This document shows, in pieces, positions 38,215-52,376 of a stretch of DNA of 64,000 nucleotides (positions are counted from its first letter, which is position 1; each line of letters opens with the position of its first letter). The notes below the pieces were generated by a model that was given only the letters and a program-made list of their open reading frames with translations, ran no database searches and was not told where the DNA came from. The stretch spans positions 12,524,001 to 12,588,000 of the forward strand of contig JBHGNT010000020.1 of the NCBI GenBank assembly GCA_043228905.1. The letters are read 5' to 3'. The position numbers were made by a program, and so were the translations under genes. This DNA is from Azolla caroliniana (taxonomy: Eukaryota > Plantae > Polypodiophyta).

Positions 38215-38900
38215 CACATTCGTGGGGGTTCCCAAATGAATGCATACGATGGCATGAAAAGCATTCGTTAAATCCTAATTGTGTAGTGTGCCCAAATGCA
38301 CTATAATCAATCCGACACGCTTTGTGGGACTGCCTAGAGGCCCATCGAATATGGCAGGGAGTTGGCTGCTTATTGCAATTATGCCAGATGCAAGGCTTAA
38401 TCATGCGGGGAAATATATGTTGGCTATCATGGCAGGCCCCAATTGACAAATACGAGCACTAGGAGGGGATGACTTTGGTGATAAAAGCACAAGAGGTTTT
38501 TTTCTCCACCATCGACAATGTCCACTCAACTCCTATCAATGCCAAATCTCAAGTAGTGCTGGAATTGGTCAGCCCAATAACTCTTTGGACTCAATGGAAA
38601 CAACGGTGTAGACGAGTCTTCTCTAACCAAACTGCGCAACCATCAGTGTTAATGCAAGAGATATAGAGTGAAGTTGTAGCCACTCTAAAAAGCCAATATG
38701 ATGGCCTCAAGGGCGACTCCGATGGAGTTGAAAGACAACGACTAGCCTTTATCCAGCAATGGTCAACCTCCCCCTTTATTGGGTCGGTGGGCGTCCACAT
38801 AAGATGGACCTATCCCGTCCTTACAGGGATTTGTATATATTAATCTCATATGTAAAATTTTATAACTAAGGGAAGGAGTGTTTTTTGGAAAAAAGAAGAA
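38215..38900 (+). mobile_element. LINE 3' fragment with zf-RVT region and A-rich tail
   Basis: NPNCVVCP...IRHALWDC..A.RIW zinc knuckle, then TLWTQWKQRCRRVF; ends GTGTTTTTTGGAAAAAA. Confidence 0.85.
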
Positions 38901-39224
38901 GAAGCATTCGTTAAAAAATAAAAACGGAGTTCTTAAACTCCTTCCTTTTTAGTTTCCTAGATATAAAAAGGGGACTTCACAATAAAAAAGAGAAATGACA
39001 CTAATAAATATGAAAGTATTCGTTTTATTTTTAATAAATAAATAAATAGATAAAATAAAGGTTCATTAATTCCCCACTTTTTATTCTCCCAAATTTTATG
39101 GATATTTTTTTCTGACATTAAAAATGGGACTTCACACTAATCATATTTCTATAATAAATATAAAAATATTGGTTTCTTTTAAATAAATATAAATAAATAA
39201 AGATTCATAAACTCCCCCATTATT

Positions 39225-42200
39225 TATTTATTTATTTTTTTCCCAAAAAGATTTCCTTCATTAGTATTAAGAAAAAAACACCATAAGGCTACAAACTGTA
39301 CAATTTAGAGAGTATTATATACAAAAAGGATAATCAGGGGAAGGGCCAAGGATGATGATACTTCCAGATTGGTCCTTGAGAGGAGATCGTGAATAGAGGC
39401 AACTTCCTCCATAATTGTAGTCATTTTTTCCTTTTCTTAAGAACAACCTCCGAAGGGCCCGACATATTGTCATACTGCCCACGCATTACTGCCAGTAAGT
39501 TGTCCCATAATTCTAACAATATATCTGAGAGAAGGGGTACTATGGAATCATATCGTCTTTTACATCGATACTTCCATAAGGTCCATAATGTAATCGTGGC
39601 TACTGTTTTCCATACTTGGGCTGCATGCATTTGCTTTCGAGGCTGCTGAAAAGGCGAGATATATATTAGATGCCTGTTGATGACAGTCTTAGCCTCTAGA
39701 GCATCATCTGCCTCATACAATAATAGACTGGAATGGAGAACCCCCCATACCACTAATCCCCAGGAGAATAGGCAACCTACATTAATTGTCAGGAATAAAG
39801 AAAGAACTTTATTCCATACCTGTTGAGTTAGTGAACAGGACCAGAGAGCATGCTTGGTAGTTTCCTGTAAGTCACCACAATAACTACACTGTCTAAGAAC
39901 GGGTGCCACGTTTCCTTTCAAAGCTTGACCTACCGACAATGCTGCATGTAACAAAAGCCATCTGAAGAGAGTGTATTTTGTTGGTCCCCTAAAAGACCAA
40001 ATCCATTTCCAATAAGCCTTCAAATGATTGCTTGATACACCCCACTTATTCCAGTGCTTTTGAGCCGTAGGAGTTGGAATATTCTTAGACATGAGTAAGG
40101 TTCTACCAAATTTCACAGTATACTGAAAGAATGGAACTGCATTGGATCCATCATGGGACTAGTCCAAGACCATCCCCATGGGTCCCACATTAGCCTATTA
40201 ATTGGCTGACGTGCATATAGCCAAAGCATATCCAACAAATGGACTATTGACGGTTGTGGATCCAGGAGCCATTTCTTACCAGTTTTGGCAATCACCCTAA
40301 TTGGAACAACACGTAGGTTTTGTAGCAAATTTTCAGAGGGTGTATAAGGCTGCAATTTATTATCCAGTTGAATATGGAAATAAAAAATACACCCGTCTGT
40401 AGAAATTCCCTTAACAAAGAGCATTATGCCATTCATTAGGCAACCAAACCACATATGCTCCTGCATCGGCTGAAGTCGCGATGAGGCCCGAGAGAAGGCT
40501 GCTGAAATATCCATCTTCATTGTCTTTGCCCCATCTATCGAATGTAACTACTTAAGGCGATCCACCTCTGGCATCTGCTGAAAATGAATCCAGGATCCTA
40601 CTGATGCTGCTGGCCCATTATCAAGTTTTCCCCATGCAAGACGAGGTCTAAGGCCCAATACATTTCCAATAGAATCCCGAACGAGAGAATTAGCCAAAAG
40701 CGGTTGATTCATCCAACCATCCCATGTGTTAGGCATCTCCTTGCGTAGAAAAATCTTGATTGCATCCCATGCTCTGACAATCCCCGGTAGAAATCTATTG
40801 GATGTTAGATTCCGTCTCGGTGTTTGAATATCTGTCAAGAACATCCATTTTAAAGAAGGCAACCAGTTTCCTCTCGTCTTAGGATATAATTGCATCAACT
40901 GATTAAGCAACATACCCTTCCATGCCTCTGCCCCTGGCAATAGTCCTCTGACTACAAACTTTATCAAGAGAGCTCGAGATTGTATCAAGGGATCTATTAG
41001 AGCTAACCCTCCCTGACTTTTTGGCCTAATCAAAACATCCCATGCCACCTTGGCCATTGCACGAGATCCATTTTTTCCACCCCAAAGGAAGTTACGTATG
41101 AGGCTTTGAACTTTCATGATTGCCGACCAAGAGAACAACCAAGCTGATGTGATAAACCACATTGAAGCCAACAACACCGAATTTGCAATGACAACCCGAC
41201 CTACAAGGGATAACTATTGCGAGTTCCAATATACCAACTTACGCTTAACTGATAATAGCAATGGTGATAACATCACTCCAGATGGTAAATCTATACCAAC
41301 AAGACAACCTAAGTAACGAATCGGCTCCCCATGATTTAGCCAACGGAATGCAGGGCCTGGATACCATTGTGGATGCGGCTCATCATTGGCCCAAAGGTCT
41401 ACAGATTTATTCCAATTGAGAGAGGCTCCAATAACATCTGAAAATATCTGTAAAGCATTTTGTACCCGATCAAGATTAACAACATCTCCACGAATATAAA
41501 GAGCAGTGTCATCCGCAAACTCTGTATCAAGAACTGTTGAGTTTGCAATATATAAGGCTATTCCTTGGATGGCCGCTATCGAGGATCTAAGAAAAGCTGA
41601 TAAAGCTTCCCCAAATAAAATAAAAAGAAATGGTGCTAACGAACAAACTTGTCGAACAGATTTGGAAATTGGAAATAATGTACCATTGCCTCCAGAAAAT
41701 AAAACTGAGCTAGACGCGTGTCTATATAATGCAGACACCCCTTTTATCCATGCACTTGGAAACCCTAATCTTGATAGAACTGCCTCCAGAAAGTCCCAAT
41801 CTACTTTATCATATGCTTTCTCAAAATCTAATAATTGTATAGCAAGGGACTTTTTGTGATGTTGAGCTAGTGCAATCATCTCCCAAAAAAGGAAGATATT
41901 GTCAAAGATGCTTCTATCTTGAAGGAATCTTGATTGTGTATCATGTATAATCGAGGGAAGCAACGATCACATTCTATTGGCTATAGTTTTTTCTACTATT
42001 TTATAGATGTCGTTAAGCAAAGTTATTGGACGCCATTTTGATATTTCATTACATTGAGCATATGATTTCAGGATCATGTATATGATTCCTTCCGTCCATT
42101 CTTCGGGCATATTCCCTGTTGAGAAAATTAAATTAACTGCTCTAGTAAGAGTAGGCCCCAACAAGTCCCAGTAGTGCAAATAGAATACCACTCCTATGAC

Positions 42201-43213
42201 ATCCTTTCCAGGGCACACATTTTTCCCCAGGGACTTAGCCACTGTCCAAACTTCAGTGTCTGTAAATGGTTGAAGCAACTGGGAAGCCATTACATGAGTG
42301 ACCTTCTGTTGTATTGTTTCTAGTACAAGTTGTCTCTTATAAAGGTCCTCCTCCGAGAAGGATTTAGCAGATAACAATTGATGGTAATATGTTGTAGTTA
42401 TGTCTCGCATCTCCGAATCATCCGTTGTGTAAGAGCCATCAAGTCGTTTTAGGGTTTTGATAGATAGTGTTTTATACTTCTGTTTAAATTGACTGAAGAA
42501 TTCTCTGTTAACCCTATCCTACTTCTATGACCAAGAAGTTGTATTACGTTGATAGAAATACAATCCTCTCGCATGTTGCTTTTCTTTTAAATTGCTTTTT
42601 ACTTGTTGTAAATCTGATAGTAACATCGGTGAGGTTGGATATCTTTCCAATAACTTTTGTGTTGCAGCCAATGCTCGACGCAAATTAGCAATCTAAGCAC
42701 CACATCGATCAACCGAAGAGGCAACTATGTTTATGAAGAAACTCTTGACATCAAGAATGGCATAAGTGATATCTCTGAGTAGAAAGGCATCAAAGAAGTT
42801 ATACTTAGACCAGATTTGAGCTACAGAAACTCTATGAGTTTCATCAGCAAGCAATGAGTTCGGGATACGGAATTGCTTAAGATAGGACCTTTGGTGAATA
42901 CAATGTTTAACTTCAATGGATAATGATCAGAAGTTACCGCCCCAGGAATAATCCCCATAAATCCAGAAGCTTCCCAAAAAAAGCTACTAGCATAAAACCT
43001 GTCCAATCGTGCCAAATTAGCTGCAACCATACTACCATTTGAACGGGAGAAATGAAGGGAGCCTTGCATTCGAGAAATGGAATGAATATTCCATAGATCC
43101 AATAAACCAAAAGAGAAACAGAACGAATCCCAAGCTCTAGCTTCTCGGCCTCTTATTGTATTGATTGATCCTCCCCTTCTATAAGATGTTTCTTCAATCA
43201 TGTTATTTGACAC
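39225..43213 (-). mobile_element. 5'-truncated L1-like LINE: ORF2 (endonuclease end, RT, zf-RVT) with stops and frameshifts
   Basis: RLDRFY..SDHYP, KWRPITLLN, LDFEKAYDKV, FADDT, RYLG, CSYC..ETTKHALWSC; A/(TAAA)n tail near 39225. Confidence 0.95.
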
Positions 43214-44439
43214 TATAAAGGAGACTTAATACTAAATTATAATCTATTAATGAATGGTTGTTTTTTTTAGTGAATTAAATTTTATTTATTTATTTTTCTC
43301 AAAAAATGATTTTTTATATATATTTATTTTGCAAAAACGAATGGTTTTATAATATTCTTGGGGCCATTTCATATTTTGGAATATTGAGAATATTACAAAT
43401 ATCACGCATGTGTCAATCTGTGGTTGATATATTACATAATTTGTTCTAACAATTGTACTAAAAGTTAGATATTCAAGATAAATTTATATGATGGAGTGCA
43501 TGGTTATTACAATACTTTTTTTGGTTTGATGAAGGTAACATATGTACTCTCTCTTTTTTCCCAAAAATAGAGCTACTTTCCCATTAGTTAGAAAAGATTT
43601 TTACAGTAAGACTATACAAGTATATCGGGGTATCACCACCCGACCGAGTTCAAGAATATGAGACTACATACATATATCCTCTTTACATACATATGCACTA
43701 TATGTTAAGTTTAATGAAGGCAACAAATGGTAGGTATTTGGACTGAGGGTGTTGGTTGTGAACAATTAATTAACATGTTAATTATTATGTTCCAACAATG
43801 GTAACATATGTTGAATATCAAGGTTTTTAAATTAGTCAAACAATGTTCCCATTTGGCCAATGATCTTATACACGAATATGCATGTCCTCATTGTTTGTAG
43901 GATGTTAAGCATATTAACAATGTAGTACCATCTAGACAATTGATAATGTAACAAAATTTAATTGGATGAAGTATATAAATCATGTGGATCACGCTCTCAC
44001 TCAATTCTTAGCCTAGCACGATTGACACTTTATTTCTCACCAAACAGTAAGCTTCTTAAAGTTAACTCATAAGGCCATGCCATTTTCTTCATCTCTAAAG
44101 CATACAATTAAACTTTCACAAACCTCTCTACAAAACATTATGCCTTTGACCCCTTCTCTTGAATAAATAAATTGTTAAGTTTTCTTCTTGTTCCTTGTTC
44201 TTTTTATACATTTCCTTTGATTGAAAAGTGATTGCTTTAGGAGTATTCCCCGAGTTGTATCGTGTGGTAGGCCATTTCACAATATGTATTCCTTGGAAGT
44301 GTTAACGATTGGGTGTAAGTTTGCTATAACTTCCCTCAAGATTTCACGTAATATTGAAATATTTTAATATTTATATTTTTGTAAGGTGTCTTCCCACCTT
44401 GGTTGTATGAATTTTATAATGTGGTTGATATTGCGCATG

Positions 44440-44718
44440 ACCCCCTTAGTCATGAATTGAATGCAGATCTCACAGAGGATGAGGTGAACCTCATAGTGGT
44501 CAGAGCCCTATTTAGGATGACTTGACAAATAAAGTTTTTAAGCGATATTCCAACATTTTAAAGAGGCCCATAATTTCAATACTCCAATATAGTTAAGATT
44601 CTCATTGTATGCCTCAATCTTGGAAGATTGATCTCATCAAATTAGTCCCAAACATGACATTATTTAAGGCATTTCATCAATGATAAACTGTTCTTTGGTG
44701 GGGCAAGGGGTTTAATTA
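44440..44718 (+). mobile_element. Degenerate LINE RT region, left part (interrupted by gypsy)
   Basis: LNADLTEDEV and MPQSWK..LIKLVP-like remnants continue after 47912 with FTKVLANRLQ. Confidence 0.55.
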
Positions 44719-44723
44719 GGTAT

Positions 44724-47700
44724 TGTCACAGATAGATCATAAGCTCAAGAGACAAGAAAGAAGATAGACAAATGGATGAGTTGTATTAACGGAAAGACTC
44801 CATAACTGGTGTTGTTCACCTTGAATTCCTTCAAGGTGAACTCCTCTATTTATACTACATGGCATGCATACTTGTTGCACGCATGTGAATCTACAATAGA
44901 GCATGTAGGTATGCATGCATGTGCCAAGTGTAAATACTATAAGGGAGCAACTATGCACATGATGCTAGCAAAACAATAAGGACCAATTACATACATAATT
45001 GTGTACTAGATATATTGGTTAACCCATGATACTAGATTATAACATGGTCGTGTCAAGAGTTCGAATCTTGACATTATCCCCCCTCCTACACCGCCTTCCC
45101 AAATCGGCCATTGGTTTGTGGGGATATTGGTGATGAAAATCGTGGACGACCTTTGGGGCATTTTGTAAATTTTCCGATGGTTCCCACGTGGCCTCAAACA
45201 TGGAGTAACCCCTCCATAGGACAAGGTATTGCAAGTGTTGACGGTGCCAACGCGAGTCAAGGATTTGGTCGACCTCGTATTCCTCCCCTGTCGTCAATTG
45301 CACAGGTGGTGGTGGTGGGGCCTGACGTCATGGGAGTTGTGAAGCATAATGGGGTTCGAGGAGGGAGACATGAAAAACATCATGAATCCGGAAGTGGGAT
45401 GGAAGGGCGAGCCGGAAGGCGACGGGATTGATGCACTCGATGATACGGAATGGTCCCAACTTCTTGTAATCAAGTTTCGCACATGGACGAGTAGTAGAGA
45501 TGTGTCAACGTAACAACCAGACTATGTCTCCAAATTCAAAGAGTGGAGTGGTAGATCGATGGCGATCAGCCTGCTTCTTGTATCATTCACTAGCAAGACT
45601 AAGCTCTAAGGATAAATCATGATGTAGTTCTTCCAAAATGCGGGCGTGATCCTCCGCCGAAGGGTTCACGGAAGTGGTAGGAAGGGAAATGTTTAAGCAA
45701 GGATGTAAACCATAGTTGGCAAAGAAGGGAGTGACGCCAATCGATGCATGGAGAGAATTATTGTAGGCGAATTCCGCGAGCGAAAGTAAGTTGACCCAAT
45801 CATCTTGTTGGTAACTAACAGAGTACCGAAGATACTGCTCAAGGATTTGGTTGACACGCTCCATTTGCCCGTCAGTTTGGGGGTGATAAGCGGATGACAA
45901 CTTGATAGAGATGCCTAAAGTTTGTAGCAGGCGCTGCCAGAAGTGAGAGACAAACTGGGGTCCGCAGCGTACCACATTGTTGAGTAGTAGATGCACCATT
46001 CCTTCTCCGGAAATGGTTTTGGAGCATGGAGTGAAGTGAGCTATCTTCGTAAACCGATCGACAACGACCAACACCGAGTCATAGCTATTGACCAAGGGTA
46101 GATAAGTTATCAGGTTCATAGAGATAGAGGCCCAGGGACGACGAGGACATGGAAGCGACTGTAGTAAACCGTATGGCCGATGATGAATGGCTTTGGAGCG
46201 AGCACAAACCTCACAACTCTTTATGTATTCTTTGACCAACTTCCATGGTTGTGGCCACCAATACCCCCGAGAGATTAGCTCGAGGGTTTTCGCGACGCCG
46301 AAATGACCTGCAAGTGGATCATCATGGCATTCCCGCAACACCCGAGTGCGACATGGGCCCTCTGGGACGTATAAGAGATGATCTTGGAACAACAAACCCT
46401 CTTGTATGGGGAAGGTGTCAAGATCCTTCCTTTTGGTCGCATTGGAGGGGTTTTGCAAACTATCTCGAATCTCGTTGGCGAACGCATCGGTCTTGTATGC
46501 ATCAGTGATTTGTTGGAGTAATGAATCATCCTGCAACATACAAGTGGCAAAAAGATGCAATTGGTCGGGTTTCAACAAACGTCTAGATTGTTGAGCATAA
46601 GCAACATCCCTAGGGCGGAGTGCAAGGTCAGCTTGGCGAGAAAGGGCATCGGCCTTCCCATGTTGGTCACCAGGTCGAAATACGATCTCAAAATCGTAGT
46701 CGGCGAGAAATGTCGACCAACGGGCCTGCCTTCGATTCAAAGTACGAGTGGTGGAAAAATAAACTAAATTTTTATGATCAGTCACTACATGGACACAATG
46801 TTGTGCGTCGGCCAAGTAGGGTCGCCATTCTTCAAAGACAACAATGATAGCAGCAAGCTCCTTGTCGTATATGGGATAATTGATTTTGGATGCCGTGAAT
46901 TTCTGGGAGTAGTAAGCCACTGGGTGCATTAGGTTGGTGTTGTCTGCCTGGGATAAGATGGCGCCAATGGCGAAGTCAAAGGCATCGGTTTCAACTTGGA
47001 AGGGTTTGGTGGGGTCGGCATGTAGCAGCATCAAGGCAGTGATGAATGCGTGTTTGAGTGAGTCGAACGCATTTTGGGCCTTCGAGGTCCATAAAAATGG
47101 AGTGCCTTTACGGGTGAGAGTGATAAGAGGTTGTGCTAGGGTGGAAAACCCCTTGATGAAGCGATAGTAAAAATTCGCGAAGCCGAGGAAGGATTGTACA
47201 TCTTTAAGTCGCCTTGGAGTCGCCCACGCCTGAATGACAAAGACCTTCTTCATATCCATGGTGATGCCAATGGGCGAGATGATGTAGCCCAGAAATTCGA
47301 TCGAGGTACGATCGAACTCGCATTTCTCACCTTTGGCATAAAGGCCATGCTCGCGAAGTTTGGCAAGAACTAATTGGACTTGGCGAGTGTGCTCCTCCAT
47401 GTTTGGCGAGAAAATGAGAATATCATCGAGGTAAATGACAACAAAATGATCAAGATATTCCCAGAATATATCGTTCATCATATGTTGAAAAACTGTTGGA
47501 GCGTTAGTAAGACCAAAAGGCATTACCTTGTGTTCGAAATGCCCATACCGTGTTTGAAATGCAGTTTTCCATTCATCCCCCGGCTTGATGCGTACTAGAT
47601 TGTACGCTCCACGCAAATCAACTTTGGAGAAGACACGCGCAACTCTAATCCGATCAAGGAGTTCAGGGATCAAAGGTAGCGGATAGCGGTTGCGCACAGT

Positions 47701-47907
47701 GAGTTTGTTGAGACCTCGGTAGTCGACGCATAAGCGTAGAGAGCCGTCCTTCTTCTTCACAAATAAAATGGGGGCCCCGACTGGTGACTTAGAAGGTTGA
47801 ATAAATCCTTTCTCGAGGTTCTCATCGAGATACACACTAAGGGCCTTCAACTCTGGTGCAGACAACGCATATAGAGGACCAAAGGGTGGACATGCACCTT
47901 CTTGATA
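44724..47907 (-). mobile_element. Ty3/gypsy chromovirus, internally deleted: RT-RH-IN-chromodomain, PPT, 3' LTR (45073-44724); TSD GGTAT
   Basis: LRLCVDYRGLN, YLDD, ETDA, integrase HHCC, chromodomain EYEVDQILDSR..YLVLWRGY..ATWEP. PPT GGAGGGGGG precedes TGTCA; the LTR ends TGACA. GGTAT at 44719-44723 and 47908-47912. Confidence 0.93.
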
Positions 47908-47912
47908 GGTAT

Positions 47913-49055
47913 TTACTAAGGTATTGGCAAATAGATTGCAAAAATGCATACACTTGACCCAATACAATTTCAATGCAAGTAGGAATATATTGCATAATGT
48001 GCTTAATTTTCAAATAGTTAGGGATTATGGCCATAATACTCATCGTGAATTAATTATGATGCAATTGGATTTGAGAAAACTTGTCCATGGACCCCAAAAG
48101 GCTTTGCATTCCATTTTGCAACCTCTTCGATATTTGTTATGATCAAAGAGTGATAAGATCATAGATCACGTGTGTTGCATAGAAACCATCTAGCAACTCT
48201 TAATCGTTGGGGGGGGGGGGGGGGGGGAGGGGTGCAATATTGAACTTATCTACACATATGATGGCTTACATATTTTTGCTATCTCAAGACATGTGTTCGC
48301 ACTCATGATTGTGGATATCTATTTTCTAGTATTGCATTGAGAAGGAAGGTCTAAAATATGGGAGGACAACGACTAAGGCATCACAATAGCAATTACTTAA
48401 TGAATATATTCTACTTAATTTTCCTTGTTCTTCATGTGCCCAACACTTGGTTGTCCCATGGAAAGAAGCACTCTTTTTATTTTTATGGGCACCATCATCT
48501 AGTAAAGAACATTGTATTTCCTTGAAAAGGAGTTAATGACATATTCTCGATTATTATGTTGGCATGGAAAGGATATGTCATGTTCTCAATTTAATCGTTT
48601 ATTTTGTTAGGGGGTCAAACCAATACGAAATATAGTAGAGGCTCAATCTCAAAAAATTTATGATTTTGTTGTAGTGTAACTATTATTATGCATCTCACCC
48701 AATTATGGGTTTATTTGGCAACAATTACAAAGTATTGCATTGATATGTGGTCATTTACCTATAGAAATCGAAGAGCACCATGGGTTGATTGGTTTTTATG
48801 GGGTTACAAGTGAACCATTGCACCATCGAGTCTCTTTGATGGCCATCATCTAAGGTTGAATAAGAATGGATGGTTTGGTAGACTTTTGCACGTGCGTGTA
48901 AAATGTGAGTGGGACCACCAGGGACCTAAACAAGAGATGACAACATTCTTTTTGAGGAATACATTGATTAGTTTCACTTGATCACGTGGAATGCTAGTAG
49001 TTTCCACCCTCAGGAATGTAAGATCTTCTTTAGCCACAATCCATGAGTATCCTGG
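47913..49055 (+). mobile_element. Degenerate LINE RT region, right part
   Basis: TKVLANRLQ, RNILHNVLN...MMQLDLRK and later DDxxxF / YxG-like remnants. Confidence 0.65.
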
Positions 49056-49894
49056 TTTATGTGTTTATTTGTGCTTAACTACATGCTTGATGCTTACATG
49101 CAAATTTGCATTACGAGAAAATGTGTGGGTATGTAGATAAATATAAAGGTGTGCCTAACTATATAACTTTGTGCTTATAAGTATGTATATGTGTAGATTC
49201 ATGTGTGTGTATGTGAATGTGAAATGCAAGTATGTTAGTTTTTGGATATAATCATATAGGTAAGAGTAAATGCCAATGTATGTCCTTGTAAATTGTAACC
49301 GTAAATGCATTTTGTACAATTTTGTAATTGAGTGAGTGAGTGTATAAGTATTTATATTTATATTTCTATGTATATGTTTGGGTTTATGTGTATATGAGTG
49401 TGTAAACATAAACATCAAGAATAATGTGTATCGGTTTGTCAATGTGAACTTGTTAATGTATATATTTATATATGTGTGTGTATATATATAGGGTTATGCA
49501 TGTGCAAATTTGATTGGGTATGTCGATGTTCATGAGCAGGACGGAACTCGCAGTTTGGGCGCCCAAAGCCTCAACTCAATGGATTTTGGGAGCTCGAGGA
49601 CTTTTCAAGCATTGAGGGTCAGATGTGAACCCTTGAGGTTTAGGTCAATAATGTTCATGGACATGTTCATACTTAGCAATGGGCCCAGTTCAGTTCAGTT
49701 TCTTGGCCTTGAAACCAAACCAAACCATTTATTCATAAAAAAACCCGAACCAAATTGTTTAAAATTTATGAAGCCATTTAAACCGAACCGTTTAAAAATT
49801 AGGAGAAACCAAACCATTTACGGAAAATTTAGAACCAAACCAAACCGGTTTATCATAAAACAACCCTTTTTCCATTACATCTCAACCCTTTTAT

Positions 49895-52240
49895 AGAGTT
49901 TCGTAGTACACTCCAAGGTACCTTCTGTTATCTTGGCACACTTATAGTTACTCCTCTAGTTACCTCTAACTAACCCTTAACTAAATTATGGTATACCGTA
50001 TAACTAACTAAACTATGGTATAACTCCCCTAACCCTGGTTATAGTTACTTGGGTTAGGTGAGGGGTTTTACCACGCGATCCCACAACTCCCCCCTTCGAA
50101 AAACTTGCATATGTCGCTTGTGCTTGATGGTGCCTTTGATCCGTTGTTGTGGGGGCTACATCTAATGTGTGGCTATTCCAGATGGCGTCTCGGTTGCTCA
50201 TGTTTGATGGCGGCTCTGGCTCATCCTGCTTGTTGGCTGGGATTGGAGAGTTTTATGATTCTTCATTGCAGGGGACATCATGGTGAGTTGCTTCTGCTTG
50301 TGATGCTTGAGTTGTGGTAGTATCTGTGGAGTGGTTGACATACGACTTCATCCACATCACGTGCGCATAGGTCATCCATCCATTAGCATCTCGATTGAGG
50401 GAATAGGTATTGGTCCTCATTGATCGGATGACAATAAAAGGGATCCATCTATGCATCATTGATTCACTGAGTCCCCGTCACCGGATCGGGAAATAGACTA
50501 GGACTTTTGCTCCCGCTGCATACTCTATCGCCCGACGGCTTTTATGATAACACCGCTTTTGTCGTGATTGATTATGTAATTAACTACAAGTTAATTAATA
50601 CCTAATTATGTGATTAAGTAGCGGAAGATTATGTGATGTGTGTGTATGTATGTGAGAGTGTGAGAGTGTGAGAGGAAGAGAGAAAGAACACTTATGAACA
50701 ACAAGACAAGATGGGGATGGTTAACTATATTAAAAAACATCGTCCAATACAAAAATACCCACAATGAGGTATATATACATCTCATGTGCAAAAGTGCACA
50801 TGTGTGAGTAGAATATAGGTACAATGATGTAAGTCCTATATTAAATGAACATGGGAGTGGAGGATCTACAATGTATCCCACTCAAGTACAAAATCCTATT
50901 TAAGGCTTTAAGGTCAACACACTAACTAGATTCTATCTAGGTAACTTCTAAGTTACATGTGTTGACTAACTAACTAAATCTAGTTGAGCTTGATATCTCA
51001 ACACTGAGTTAGTTGTAGGTTCTTGTGTATGCTCGACCATAAGATAGGTTGGATTTGTTGCAAGTGTAGCCACCAATCCATTGCGTCGACCCGAGTATTT
51101 TTGTTGGGTAGGTCGACCTTGATGTCGCGGGGTAAGCGGGGGTCTCACCCATATAGTGCTCGGAAAGGGCTGATTCGAGTCAAGGCTTGCACCAAGGTAT
51201 TATACGTATGCGTGATGAAGGGTAGGATCAAGTCCCACGTTGTGTGTAATGGGTCGATGAATGCGGTAAGTTGTTGTTTAATCGTCTTGTTCATCTGTTA
51301 TGTCAATCCGTTCGTCTGGGGATGATATGGTGAGGTAAATATCTGTTGAATGCCTAAATGTGTGGCTAATGCTTGCAATACCCCTCCGCTAAATTGTGGT
51401 CCTTTATATGATAGGATGCGGGTTGGGTAGCCATGTGGGAAAACAATCCGCTCCATCAACTTTGTTGCTATGGTGTTGGCCCGTGCGTCCGGAATTGTGG
51501 CGGTTTCGGTCCATCTCATCAAGTATTCAGATATGACTAAGATATACTTGTTTCCTACCTGGGATTCGGGAAAAGGGGTCGTCATTGGAATGGGGTGGTT
51601 TAATCTGTTGACATGATTGGCATTATTTGATGTAAACCGCGATCGTTGTACACATTTGCGGCCAATAATACCGGAGACGGATCTTGTCCAACACCTTGTG
51701 GAATCCGAGGTGGCCAGACATCGTGTGATCGTAAAAAAATTGCATATATAAATTCCACAAGCTATGTAGTATGTAGATTCGTGGCTCTTTCCCTGTTTGT
51801 ATAAAGTAATAATAAGACATTGTTTTGTAATTGGAAATGGCTGTGTACCTTTTTGTATGTTGTCGACTGGATCTCATGGATAATTTGTCGTATTTTCTCA
51901 TTGGCTTGTTGTAGGGCTGGTATCTGTGCCATCGTTGTGGGTAATTGGACTAGTGTAGGATTGAATTGAACACATTGTGTTTCCACTCTTGACAAACCAT
52001 CGGTGATCAATTTTTGGACTCCTTTTTTATAAGTTAATGTGAACCGATATTCTTGTAAAGCCATTGCCCATCTTAATAGACGACCTAGTGGGTGTGGCTT
52101 GTTAATTAGATGAATTAGGGGCTGATGGTCTGTTTCTACCTTGACGTGGGTGTCATGCAAATAGGGATGGAACTTTTTGAAAGCCCATACGATTGATAAC
52201 CATTCATTTTCTTTTCTTTCTTTTCTTTTCAAAACCAAAA
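49895..52240 (-). mobile_element. Decayed Ty3/gypsy fragment (RNase H end, integrase, PPT, partial LTR) inside the hAT element
   Basis: VETDHQPL..GRLLRWAMALQEY, GHLGFHK..RYYWPQM, SPYHPQTNGLT; PPT GAAGGGGGGAGT then TGTGG at 50085. Confidence 0.85.
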
Positions 52241-52376
52241 TATCCTTCCATTAGTTTTTAGAAAAGTCATAACAATTGCAACATACAAAATATTTTTTCC
52301 CAACTCATCTTTATAAGACAATGGTTAAGGAAACAAATCTATGTACTCCAAAGTAGAGGAAAAACTAATCTGAAAG

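Noticed and set aside
45051-45073. TGTCAAGA-GTTCGAA-TCTTGACA hairpin with a B-box-like core
   Set aside because: It is part of the LTR terminus; there is no A-box or tRNA fold nearby.
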